From contig JAIORP010000068.1 in NCBI GenBank assembly GCA_021108075.1, positions 74,594 to 138,593 of the forward strand: DNA of 64,000 bases, in the 5' to 3' direction. The notes under the pieces are model-generated. The model was not told where the DNA came from and did not search any database. It saw only the letters and a list, made by a program, of their open reading frames with translations. Shown here piece after piece: positions 37,927-47,249 of the stretch (the stretch's first letter is position 1; each line of letters begins with the position of its first letter). A program made the position numbers and the translations under genes. This DNA is from Candidatus Omnitrophota bacterium. Its GTDB lineage: Bacteria > Omnitrophota > Gorgyraeia > Zapsychrales > Zapsychraceae.

Positions 37927-38448
37927 ATGCTGTTAAATTTTCCCCAAGTGGTTCCATCGGACGTTTGTTTAGCCTGCGATGGCTGCTGCCGGTTTGAACA
38001 TGCGCGAAGTCCCTGGCGCCCGCAAATCGCGCGGGAAGAACAATCGTTTTTTGTGGAAAAAAAGGGGTGTATGTGCCCCGTCAATACTGCCGACGAGGAT
38101 TTTCCGCAGCCCTGTTATGTCTCGACCAAACCCTGGCACGCGCAGGTGAAATGCTGTTATTTCCAGGCCAAGACACATCGTTGCGATATTTATAACGAGC
38201 GTCCTTTTGACTGTCAGCTCTATCCTTTTTTGTTGGTCAAAGAAGGTCAGCAGCATAAATTAGGATTACACTTAAGTTGTCCTTTTGTTTTAGAAAAACG
38301 TTATCAGCCTTCTTTTGAGGAATTGATAGGGAGAGTGAAGACATATTTTCAAACAAAAGAAATGGCTTTATTTGTCCAGAGTAATTCTCAGATGTTTTCG
38401 GCTTATGAGGAACACCGCCCAGAAATTGAGGTTTTAGATTCGATTTAA
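37927..38448 (+). CDS. YkgJ-family Cys-cluster protein (UPF0153)
   Basis: CLACDGCCRFE motif near the N-terminus. The start codon overlaps the preceding stop (ATATG). Confidence 0.55.
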   Translation: MLLNFPQVVPSDVCLACDGCCRFEHARSPWRPQIAREEQSFFVEKKGCMCPVNTADEDFPQPCYVSTKPWHAQVKCCYFQAKTHRCDIYNERPFDCQLYPFLLVKEGQQHKLGLHLSCPFVLEKRYQPSFEELIGRVKTYFQTKEMALFVQSNSQMFSAYEEHRPEIEVLDSI

Positions 38449-38490
38449 TTTAGATTTTATACGAAGACGGAAACCTGTCTTGAGAATTTT

Positions 38491-39378
38491 ATGCTGTCGT
38501 TAAAAGAACAACAAGAAGTCACGCGCTGTTTACGTCATCAATCCCGGATGCTTTCCGTTTATTCTTATTCAGCATTAAGGCTATGGCAGGACTTTTTTTC
38601 GTTTGATTTTCGAGGCTTTGATGGCCAGCCCTGTTTGTTTGCCCACAGTCCGATTGGGGTGTTTCAATTTTGGCCGCCGTTGTCAGATCGTATCACGCCG
38701 TCGGCGCTTTCTTCCTGTTTTGATTATATGGAAACAGTGAATGGGGGCGCGGGGATTACGCGCATCGAACATGTCGCGTTAAGTCAGGTGCGGTGGTTTC
38801 AAACAGATTATAACGTGCGCTTAAAAGGGTGTGAGTATTTATACCGGTCTAAAGATATTGCCGGACTAAAAGGGAACCGGTATAAGCGTCAACGCGCGGC
38901 GTATAATCAATTTGTTAAGGCGTATGATTTTTTATATGAGTCCTTTGATGTTTGTAATGGTGCGGCCTGTCTGGAACTGTATGATCAATGGATGCGAGGC
39001 CGGCAGGAAAAATGCTCGGATGATCTGTACCAGCAGATGCTGATAGATAACCGGACGGTTCATAAAAGACTTTTTAACGATTTTGAACAGTTGGATCTCC
39101 TTGGGCGCTTGATAAAAGTTGACAATGAGGTGGTCGCGTTTACGTTTGGCTATCCTGTCCGTTCGGACATGTTTTGTGTCTTTTGTGAAATTGCTGATCT
39201 TCGATTGGCAGGGGTTGCCATTGCTGTTTTCCGGTTGTTTTGCCAAGAGTTAATGTCCCTGGGGTATGTGTGGATTAATGTGATGGATGATATCGGCTTG
39301 CCGAATATTAAACGGACAAAAGAATCATTTTTTCCGGCTGCCCTGATCCCATCTTATAATGTTACGAGGAAGGAATAA
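38491..39378 (+). CDS. DUF2156-like (MprF C-terminal-like, GNAT-fold) protein
   Basis: ~295 aa. Tentative resemblance to the DUF2156 family. No catalytic motif was confirmed. Confidence 0.35.
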   Translation: MLSLKEQQEVTRCLRHQSRMLSVYSYSALRLWQDFFSFDFRGFDGQPCLFAHSPIGVFQFWPPLSDRITPSALSSCFDYMETVNGGAGITRIEHVALSQVRWFQTDYNVRLKGCEYLYRSKDIAGLKGNRYKRQRAAYNQFVKAYDFLYESFDVCNGAACLELYDQWMRGRQEKCSDDLYQQMLIDNRTVHKRLFNDFEQLDLLGRLIKVDNEVVAFTFGYPVRSDMFCVFCEIADLRLAGVAIAVFRLFCQELMSLGYVWINVMDDIGLPNIKRTKESFFPAALIPSYNVTRKE

Positions 39379-39379
39379 T

Positions 39380-40204
39380 ATGAGCTTTTTAAACGATGTG
39401 ACGATTGCCATTGTCGACGTTGAAACAACGGGATTGTCTCCTATTCATGGGGACCGCCTCGTGGAGATAGCGGCCATGAAAATAAAGGGGATGAAAATTG
39501 TCGACCGTTGGGAATCGTTGATTTATCCCGGGCGGGAAATGACGGTAGAGGCATCGATGGTCAATGGAATTACGGATGATATGTTGGTCGGTCAGCCGAT
39601 GGCCAAAGATATGCTTCCGTCGTTTATGGATTTTATTGAAGGGGCTTATATGATGGGGCACAATGTGAAGTTTGACTGGAAGTTCATCAATAATGAACTG
39701 GATTTAGCCGGTTATGATCCCATCAAAGAAGATGTTTTGATTGATACGATAAAAATATCACGGGGCATTGTTCCAGGTTTGCCCAGTTACGCATTGCTGG
39801 CGTTAAGTCGATTTTTCGGGATTCGTCAGACCCAAATGCATCGCGCTATGTCTGACGTTGAGTTAACGTTTCAGGTCTTTTGCCGGTTGATGGAACAGAT
39901 CGATAATAAGGGATATTGGGAATTTGAAAATTTTATCAATGTTTTTGGCGTGAAGAAATTGCGGAAACAGCATGTTCGGCATAAGATAAAAGTGATTCAA
40001 GAGGCTTCCAACAGACAAGAAGCTGTTAAAGTTTTGTATGTCGGCGGGGGCAGAAAAACAAGCTACCGCAAAGTAATGCCTAAAAAAATTGTGGGGGAAG
40101 GAAAAGAGACGGTTATCGTCGGGTATTGTTATTTAAGGGAAAATGAACGTTATTTTCGATTGGATCGGATTGTTGCCGTTGAGCCGCTTGAAATTTTATT
40201 TTAG
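39380..40204 (+). CDS. DnaQ-like 3'-5' exonuclease with a C-terminal extension
   Basis: Exo I IVDVETTGL, Exo II GHNVKFDWKFI and Exo III HRAMSDVELTFQVF motifs. Confidence 0.75.
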   Translation: MSFLNDVTIAIVDVETTGLSPIHGDRLVEIAAMKIKGMKIVDRWESLIYPGREMTVEASMVNGITDDMLVGQPMAKDMLPSFMDFIEGAYMMGHNVKFDWKFINNELDLAGYDPIKEDVLIDTIKISRGIVPGLPSYALLALSRFFGIRQTQMHRAMSDVELTFQVFCRLMEQIDNKGYWEFENFINVFGVKKLRKQHVRHKIKVIQEASNRQEAVKVLYVGGGRKTSYRKVMPKKIVGEGKETVIVGYCYLRENERYFRLDRIVAVEPLEILF

Positions 40205-40237
40205 CATAGCCGGTTATTGTTATGATGGGAATGATTT

Positions 40238-41680
40238 ATGTTAACGAAAATTATTGTTTTTGACCAAGATCCTATTGAATTGGCTCATTTCTTCAGGAAC
40301 GAGTCCTATTTCTTTTTTTTAGACAGCAGCCAGCAGGAACAATCGCGGGACCGTTTTTCTTTTATGGGCTTTGATCCTTTTGACATCTTTGAATCTAAGT
40401 CGCAAGCAGCGTTACCGTTATTAAAGCAAAGGGTGCAAAAGTTTTTTGATTTGTGGCAACAAGACGCACAGGATCTGGGCGGGCTGTTCAACCGGTCTTC
40501 TGACAGGATGCCCTGCCCCGGATTAGTCGGTTTTATCGCCTATGACCACGGTTTATCTTTAGAGTCCATCCCTCCGCAGGCCATGGATGATTTAAAATTA
40601 CCTGATGTTTTATTTGGTTTTTATGATTTCGTGCTCGTGTTTGATCATCTTAAAAAAACATTAACGATCATCAGTACCGGGTTTCCGCATGCTGACCGTC
40701 AAGCCCGGGAAAGAAAAGCCCGACAACGGTTAACCCTGATCCTCGATAAAATTCAACAGGGATTCAAACAGGCTTCTTCTTTTTCCTGTCCGGGTATGTC
40801 TTATGACGGCCCGGAGGGAGAACCCCGTTTCCAAAGCAATTTTTCCAGAGAACAATATTGTCGGATGATTGAGACGGCGCAACAGCATATCGCTGCCGGC
40901 GATATTTATCAGGTGAATTTATCCCAGCGGTATGAATTTGATCCTGATGACGGGGGCATAGACCCGTTTGATGTTTACCGTCATTTACGGTCTTTATCGC
41001 CCTGTCCGTTTGGCTGTTATTTTCAGGCCGGAGCTTTTCAAATTTTATGCAATTCTCCTGAGCGTTTTTTAAAACTGCAAGATGGCGTGGTTCAGACCTG
41101 CCCCATGAAAGGCACGCGTCCGCGCGGAGGAAATGAGGAGGAAGACGCATTGATGCGCCAACAAATTATAGAAAGTAAAAAAGAAAAAGCCGAGTTGCTC
41201 ATGATCACGGATTTAGAACGGAATGATTTGGGGCGTGTCTGCCAGTATGGTTCTGTTCGTGTCGTGTCCTTAAGAGTCCTGGAGGAATATCCCACTGTGT
41301 ATCAGACGACGTCGACGATCGAAGGCCGGATCCAAGGCAATAAGGATTGTTTTGATGTCTTGCAGGCTTGTTTTCCAGGCGGATCGATAACAGGATGTCC
41401 TAAAATCCGGGCGATGGAAATCATTGAAGAGCTGGAGCCTCATCGACGGGGAATTTATACCGGAACAATGGGCTATATCGATTATTCCGGCAACATGGAT
41501 TTTAATATCCTCATTCGAACATTGTTATCGTATCAGAATAAATATTATTATCAGGTCGGAGGCGGTATCGTCACGGATTCAATCGCGGAGCACGAATACC
41601 AGGAAACCCTTGTTAAGGCCAAAGCGATCCAACAGGCATTAACGGATATTTTTGGAGCGCGCCATCTTCATGAAAAATGA
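40238..41680 (+). CDS. pabB: aminodeoxychorismate synthase component I (chorismate-binding enzyme family)
   Basis: Chorismate-binding C-terminal motifs (PMKGTRPRG, ITDLERNDLGRV, GGSITGCPKIRAMEIIEELE, GIYTGTMGY). It is adjacent to a class IV aminotransferase. Confidence 0.75.
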   Translation: MLTKIIVFDQDPIELAHFFRNESYFFFLDSSQQEQSRDRFSFMGFDPFDIFESKSQAALPLLKQRVQKFFDLWQQDAQDLGGLFNRSSDRMPCPGLVGFIAYDHGLSLESIPPQAMDDLKLPDVLFGFYDFVLVFDHLKKTLTIISTGFPHADRQARERKARQRLTLILDKIQQGFKQASSFSCPGMSYDGPEGEPRFQSNFSREQYCRMIETAQQHIAAGDIYQVNLSQRYEFDPDDGGIDPFDVYRHLRSLSPCPFGCYFQAGAFQILCNSPERFLKLQDGVVQTCPMKGTRPRGGNEEEDALMRQQIIESKKEKAELLMITDLERNDLGRVCQYGSVRVVSLRVLEEYPTVYQTTSTIEGRIQGNKDCFDVLQACFPGGSITGCPKIRAMEIIEELEPHRRGIYTGTMGYIDYSGNMDFNILIRTLLSYQNKYYYQVGGGIVTDSIAEHEYQETLVKAKAIQQALTDIFGARHLHEK

Positions 41681-42533
41681 AAAAAATAAGGTCACTATTT
41701 TTATCGACGGGAATGATCAGAGGTGTTCCGCGTCTGAAGCGGCGGAATTTGTTCCTGGACGATTGGATGGCACAGGTGCTTTTGAAACCATGCGTTTATA
41801 TAAAAATACTGTTTTGTTTTGGCCCGGTCACTGGCTGCGTTGGCGAAGAGGTCTAAGGCGACTGGGGCTGACAATGAATTTTTCTGAGCGAAAGATAAAA
41901 ACAATGATCGTTGCGATAATCCGGAAGAATCACATGACAGACGGCCGTCTGCGGCTCATGCGCTGGCGGAATAAAAAGCAAGAGCATCTGGCCATTGTTC
42001 CTGGTTTTAATATCCCTCAGGCAAAAGATTATCGGTGTGGATATCGCGCTTGCTTCTCGGCTGTTCGACGGCCCCGGCATCCGTATACTCATCTGAAAAT
42101 ACTTCAATATCATTGTTTTCGCTTGAGTTTAATGGAGGCACGTGATCAGGGGTATGATGAAGGGATTTTATTAAACAATAAAAAAGAAGTGGTTGAAAGT
42201 TCCCGGGGAAATATTTTTTATTATTTGAAGGGAGAGTTGAAAACCCCGGCCATAAAAAGCGGGTGTATTAACGGGATTACCCGTCAGCAGGTCATGGCCT
42301 TAGCGCGTGATTCAGGCTTAAAGTGTGATCCTGTGCGGGCTGATGCCGAGGATTTTATACGGGCCGAGGAAGTCTTTATCACCAACGCGGTCATGGGGCT
42401 GATGCCGGTCGTTTCCATTTTTGAGCATCCAATCGGAAAGGGCTGTCCGGGGCCTGTCCTGCAAAGTTTAAGACGAGCATACCGGGAAAAAATTGAAAAT
42501 TATTGTTTGTCTCTGGGGGATAAGATTATATAA
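41652..42533 (+). CDS. pabC: aminodeoxychorismate lyase (class IV aminotransferase fold)
   Basis: Class IV motif ESSRGNIFYY. Overlaps the pabB stop. Confidence 0.65.
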   Translation: MERAIFMKNEKNKVTIFIDGNDQRCSASEAAEFVPGRLDGTGAFETMRLYKNTVLFWPGHWLRWRRGLRRLGLTMNFSERKIKTMIVAIIRKNHMTDGRLRLMRWRNKKQEHLAIVPGFNIPQAKDYRCGYRACFSAVRRPRHPYTHLKILQYHCFRLSLMEARDQGYDEGILLNNKKEVVESSRGNIFYYLKGELKTPAIKSGCINGITRQQVMALARDSGLKCDPVRADAEDFIRAEEVFITNAVMGLMPVVSIFEHPIGKGCPGPVLQSLRRAYREKIENYCLSLGDKII

Positions 42534-42609
42534 TTTTTTTAAATCTCTCAAAAATGTTTTCAAATTGGCGGTTGCTCTATTTTATTAATATAAGTATAAT
42601 TAATGTACT

Positions 42610-43602
42610 ATGAATAAAAAAATATATTTGTTTCTTATTCTCATTTTATTTTCTATATGCTCCCTGTCAGCAGCAGAGGGGCGTTCTGTCGATTCAACCG
42701 TTTTTTATAAGGAATCGGAAATGCCGAACGATTCTTTGGGTTATATAAAGGAAGAAATTATGCTGTTGATTCAAAAGAACGATGCCCTCACGTATGAATA
42801 CAAACTATTAAAAAAGCAGTATGAAAGTTTATATCAAAAAATGAAACAAAAAAGCAGTGAGTTTGGATCAGGCGAACAGTATTTCGCCCTGCTTCAGCAA
42901 AAGCTGGGTGTCGTCCAGACGCAGACCAACGCTATTGACCGGAATTTAAATGAATTAGAGAATAACCTTTTCAAGGAACAATTCCGCGTCGACCTTTTAC
43001 AGAATCAAGTGCGGGAGAATGAGGAGCAAAAGCAATTGTTAGCCGGGCGCTTGAAAAGTTTAAGAAACCAAAAATACTCAATGGATTTGATATTAGAAGA
43101 GAAGAAAATTGAACTGACACGTCTGGATAAGGATCAATCCGAGGATTTGGAGGAATTAAGAGTTCAAATTAAATTTAATATGGAAGAGGAAAAGAACCTG
43201 ACAAAAAGGCTGTATGAGTTAGAAAAAGAATATATTCTGTTTCCCAAAAAGGCGCAGTTATTCAAGAGCAGCAACAAAGATCTTCAGGCGGCCTTAAACC
43301 GCATTACGCGGCATAAGCAGTTGAAGGAAGACGAAACCCGTCATCTCCAGGATAAGAAAGAGTTGCTGCTTCAATCCACACAAGAAGTCATTGATCAACA
43401 GCAGCTCGAAAAGACGAATTTAGAGAACATTGTCTCTGAATTAGATATGGAATATAAGACCTTGAATAAAAAAGTCGAAGTATTTATTGATCGACGCCAA
43501 AGAAAAAAGGTCGTGCTGAGTCAAATTATCGCGATTGATAAAGAAAATCAGCAATTGCGGGAGAAAATTGAGGAATTGCAAATCGTCCTTGATTTAAAAT
43601 AA
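42610..43602 (+). CDS. secreted coiled-coil protein
   Basis: Signal peptide MNKKIYLFLILILFSICSLSAAEG, then ~300 aa that are heptad-rich in Gln/Glu/Lys/Leu. Confidence 0.5.
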   Translation: MNKKIYLFLILILFSICSLSAAEGRSVDSTVFYKESEMPNDSLGYIKEEIMLLIQKNDALTYEYKLLKKQYESLYQKMKQKSSEFGSGEQYFALLQQKLGVVQTQTNAIDRNLNELENNLFKEQFRVDLLQNQVRENEEQKQLLAGRLKSLRNQKYSMDLILEEKKIELTRLDKDQSEDLEELRVQIKFNMEEEKNLTKRLYELEKEYILFPKKAQLFKSSNKDLQAALNRITRHKQLKEDETRHLQDKKELLLQSTQEVIDQQQLEKTNLENIVSELDMEYKTLNKKVEVFIDRRQRKKVVLSQIIAIDKENQQLREKIEELQIVLDLK

Positions 43603-43718
43603 TAAGAGGGATGGGCCGTTCATTAATGTCGAATGGATTTTCGATTTTTTGTTTTATATTTTATGTATGTGGTTCACTAAAGATTTATTAAAAAAGATTT
43701 TTTCAGAAAGGGTTTATC

Positions 43719-44204
43719 ATGGATGAGATTTTGGAAATATTATCGAATGACGCACGCGTCACACCAGAAGAAATATCTAAAATGACGGGTTGCAGCGTTG
43801 AGAGCATTAAGAAAGCCATTAAAAAATATGAGAAAAACGGCGTTATTGTCAAATATAAGACCGTCATTAACCCGGACCTTGTGGCAGAAAAACCTGCGCG
43901 TGTTCGGGCTCTCATTGAGGTGAGTATCACGCCGCAAAAGGATGTGGGCTTTGATTATATTGCCGAGCGGATTTACAGCTTTCCGGAAGTAACCAGTTGT
44001 TCTTTAGTCTCAGGGACTTATGACCTTCTTTTAATCGTGGAAGGAGATGACCTGCACACCGTTTCAAATTTTATCGCTTCAAAATTGTCTCCGATGGCCC
44101 AGGTCAGAAGCACGGTCACGCATTTCTTATTAAAGAAATATAAAGAAGATGGGTTAGTTTTAAAGAAAAAGAAGAATGGGAAAAGATTAAATATTTCCTA
44201 TTGA
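43719..44204 (+). CDS. Lrp/AsnC family transcriptional regulator
   Basis: N-terminal HTH (ILEILSNDARVTPEEISKMTGCSVESIKKAIKKYEKNGVI) plus a RAM domain. Confidence 0.8.
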   Translation: MDEILEILSNDARVTPEEISKMTGCSVESIKKAIKKYEKNGVIVKYKTVINPDLVAEKPARVRALIEVSITPQKDVGFDYIAERIYSFPEVTSCSLVSGTYDLLLIVEGDDLHTVSNFIASKLSPMAQVRSTVTHFLLKKYKEDGLVLKKKKNGKRLNISY

Positions 44205-44326
44205 TACCTGCTGGCCGCGTTGATACCCCTGATGGCGCTGTTTGGACCCAGGGACAATAGACCGATTTTTTAAGCGTAAACATTGATTATATTGAAATAG
44301 ATAGTATATTTGTTTGAAAGCACATT

Positions 44327-44470
44327 ATACCAAACGCATTAATGAATTGTTCTATTTCAATTTTGATGTTCTCGTTAAAGTGTTGAGAAAAGCAGAATCG
44401 GTTTTGGCAATTATTTAATGAAATGAATTCCTCTGAGATCTGTTGCGAGGAGATTCACTGGAATTGGTAT
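44327..44470 (+). repeat. MITE-like element, 144-bp variant with two internal hairpin insertions
   Basis: The termini ataccaaacgcattaatgaattg ... ttatttaatg...ggaattggtat match the family. The core contains the extra stem-loops ttctcg..cgagaa-like and tcctc..gagga. Confidence 0.65.
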
Positions 44471-44497
44471 TAATTGAATCTTTAAAAAAGAGTGATC

Positions 44498-45658
44498 ATG
44501 GATTATCATATATCAAAAAAAGTTGAGCAAATGGCGCCTTCGGGAATACGCGCTTTTTTTGACCTTGTCCTGGGGATGAAAGATGTTATTTCTTTGGGCG
44601 TTGGCGAGCCTGATTTTGTTTCCCCCTGGCATATCCGCGAAAAAGCGATTTACTCATTAGAGCAAGGCTTCACCTCTTACACGTCGAATAAAGGGATGCC
44701 TCAACTGCGTAAGCAGATTGCCGGTTTTTTAAAGGCCCGTTATGGCTTGAGATATGATCCCGAAGAAGAAATATTGATCACCGTCGGCGTGAGTGAAGGG
44801 CTCGATCTTGCGATGCGGGCGTTATTGAACCCGGGTGATAAGGTTCTCATTCCTGAGCCGGTTTATGTCTCCTATATCCCGACAGTTGAGATGGCGGGTG
44901 GTAAAGTGACGGTTTTAAAGACGGATATTAGTAATGGGTTTAAATTAACACCTGATCAGATTGACAAAGCCGCCGCCCATGGAGCAAAGATGCTGGTTTT
45001 AAATTACCCGTGTAACCCAACCGGTGTTTCTTACACAAAGAAAGAATTGACGGCTATTGCTAAAATTGTTAAAAAACATGAGTTGATATTAGTCAGCGAT
45101 GAAGTCTATGATGAGCTGACGTATGATTTTGCGCATACACCATTTGCGTCTCTTAAGGGGATGAAAGATCATGTGGTTTATCTGAATGGGTTCTCAAAGT
45201 CTTACGCGATGACAGGCTTTCGGGTCGGTTGGGCCTGTGGACCGAGAAAAGCGATTGCCGCGATGACGAAAATTCATCAATATACGATTTTATGCGCCCC
45301 TATTAATGGGCAAATGGCTGCTCAAGAAGCGTTAAAAAATGGAAATCCGCAGGTTCAGGCCATGAAGCGCGAATATAACCGCCGTCGAAAATATATCATT
45401 GGCGCTTTGAATGATATTGGTTTGTCCTGTCATTTGCCGGAAGGTGCGTTTTATGCGTTTCCTTGTATTAAAGCGGCAAACATGTCGTCAATGGATTTTG
45501 CCAGTCAATTGCTTCAGAAAAAGAAAGTCGCACTTATTCCTGGAGTAGCGTTTGGGTCGGAGTGTGATGATTATGTCCGGATTTCCTATGCGTCGAGTTA
45601 CGAGAATTTAAAAGAAGCGATTGCGCGCATCCAAAGTTTTATGGCCAATCAAAAATAA
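44498..45658 (+). CDS. pyridoxal-phosphate-dependent aminotransferase, class I (aspartate aminotransferase family)
   Basis: PLP-lysine region YLNGFSKSYAMTGFRVGW, the NP.NPTG motif (NYPCNPTGVSY), and a family-typical N-terminus. Confidence 0.85.
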   Translation: MDYHISKKVEQMAPSGIRAFFDLVLGMKDVISLGVGEPDFVSPWHIREKAIYSLEQGFTSYTSNKGMPQLRKQIAGFLKARYGLRYDPEEEILITVGVSEGLDLAMRALLNPGDKVLIPEPVYVSYIPTVEMAGGKVTVLKTDISNGFKLTPDQIDKAAAHGAKMLVLNYPCNPTGVSYTKKELTAIAKIVKKHELILVSDEVYDELTYDFAHTPFASLKGMKDHVVYLNGFSKSYAMTGFRVGWACGPRKAIAAMTKIHQYTILCAPINGQMAAQEALKNGNPQVQAMKREYNRRRKYIIGALNDIGLSCHLPEGAFYAFPCIKAANMSSMDFASQLLQKKKVALIPGVAFGSECDDYVRISYASSYENLKEAIARIQSFMANQK

Positions 45659-45679
45659 TACGATAGCAGGTAGTTTAAA

Positions 45680-46093
45680 ATGATAGATGAAGACCATTTG
45701 GCTGAATCAGGCCAAAACATTGAACAGGAAGATCTTTTTTTTGAGATTTCTTTTTGCAAAGGGATTTTGAAGAGAAATCCGAACTTTATGCGGGCACTGA
45801 TACTGCTCGGCGATTTGTATACCCGTTCCGGTCAGTATCCAGAGGGCCTGGTCATCGACCTCAAGTTACAGGAATTGTCTCCGGACGATCCGTATATTTT
45901 GTATAATTTGTCCTGTAGCTATTCTTTGCTGAAACAGTGTGATAAAGCCTTTTTGGCCATTCAACAGGCCATTGCCTGCGGTTATCAAGACTTTGAATTT
46001 TTAGAAAAAGATAAGGATTTAATGTATCTTCGCAATGATGTCCGGTTTCAAGAGTATTATGAAAAGTTAAAGAATCAGATGTGTCATGAATAA
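45680..46093 (+). CDS. TPR-repeat protein
   Basis: Two to three TPR-like helices (ALILLGDLYTRSGQYPEG..., ILYNLSCSYSLLKQCDKAFLAIQQAIACGY). Confidence 0.5.
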   Translation: MIDEDHLAESGQNIEQEDLFFEISFCKGILKRNPNFMRALILLGDLYTRSGQYPEGLVIDLKLQELSPDDPYILYNLSCSYSLLKQCDKAFLAIQQAIACGYQDFEFLEKDKDLMYLRNDVRFQEYYEKLKNQMCHE

Positions 46094-47243
46094 AATCATT
46101 CCTTCCGTTGGCCCAATAAAGACGACTCTCCGGGATTTGGATCAATCAAAGCGGTACCATCAATTAAAAAATCGGCTGTATTTTTTCAGCCTTTTTATTG
46201 ACGTGTTGGTTCTGCTTTTTATTTTTTTCAGCGGTTACAGCCAGAACATCAAACTGTGGGCCCAACGGCTTTCGGGCATGCCCGTGATTTTTAATGGATT
46301 GTATTTGATTGTTTTTAGTTTGCTGATGTCTGTCGTTCATTTTCCTATGAGTGTTTTTTCCGGTTTTTATTGGGAGCATCGTTTTCAACTGTCGAACCAG
46401 AGTTTTACACAGTGGTTCTGGGATGATTTAAAGAAGACCCTGCTGGGTTTAGCCTTAGTCCTGGTGATGATTGAGTTTGTGTACTTCTTTTTGGCTCAAT
46501 TTCCCGATTCGTGGTGGTTATGGGCCGGTGCCTTCTGGCTTTTTATTTCTTTTGTCATCGTGAAGATCACCCCGCATTTTATCATTCCGTTATTTTATAA
46601 ATATAAGAACATCGAAGATGAAGAGCTGCGGCAGCGCATTTTTATTTTGTTTAAGAACTGTCAGGTTTCGTTGAATGATATCTATGCGATTGATATGTCC
46701 AGCAAGACGAAAGCCGCCAATGCTTTTTTGTGCGGGATGGGCAGGACCCGGCGCGTCGTCTTAAGCGATACCTTGATTTCAAACTTTTCAATTGATGAAA
46801 TTGAGAGTGTTGTCGCTCATGAACTCGGCCACTATAAACATCATGATATTTTACGTTTGCTGGCTGTAAACACGGTCGTTATTTTTAGTCTTTTTTATAT
46901 GATGTATCGACTATTTGATTCAGCGGTTCCTTATTTTGGTCTGACCGGAATTGATGATATTTCTTTTTTTCCTGTTTTTATCCTGACATTTATTCTTGTC
47001 AGTTTTCTGATCACGCCCGCGTTGAATGCCTTCAGCCGTTTGCTGGAGCGTGATGCCGATTTGTACGGCCTACAGAACACCACCAACAAAGGATCGTTTG
47101 TTTCGATGATGAATAAATTAGGCGAGATGAATTTGGCTGAGAAAAATCCAAGTCCTATGGTCGAGATGTTTTTTTATGACCACCCGCCAGTCGGTAAGCG
47201 TATAGCTTTTGCTCAGCAATATGTTGAAACAAATGCTGTATAA
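46086..47243 (+). CDS. M48-family zinc metallopeptidase (Ste24/HtpX-like)
   Basis: HELGH motif (VVAHELGHYKHHD) in a polytopic membrane protein. Confidence 0.8.
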   Translation: MNKIIPSVGPIKTTLRDLDQSKRYHQLKNRLYFFSLFIDVLVLLFIFFSGYSQNIKLWAQRLSGMPVIFNGLYLIVFSLLMSVVHFPMSVFSGFYWEHRFQLSNQSFTQWFWDDLKKTLLGLALVLVMIEFVYFFLAQFPDSWWLWAGAFWLFISFVIVKITPHFIIPLFYKYKNIEDEELRQRIFILFKNCQVSLNDIYAIDMSSKTKAANAFLCGMGRTRRVVLSDTLISNFSIDEIESVVAHELGHYKHHDILRLLAVNTVVIFSLFYMMYRLFDSAVPYFGLTGIDDISFFPVFILTFILVSFLITPALNAFSRLLERDADLYGLQNTTNKGSFVSMMNKLGEMNLAEKNPSPMVEMFFYDHPPVGKRIAFAQQYVETNAV

Positions 47244-47249
47244 GTAGCT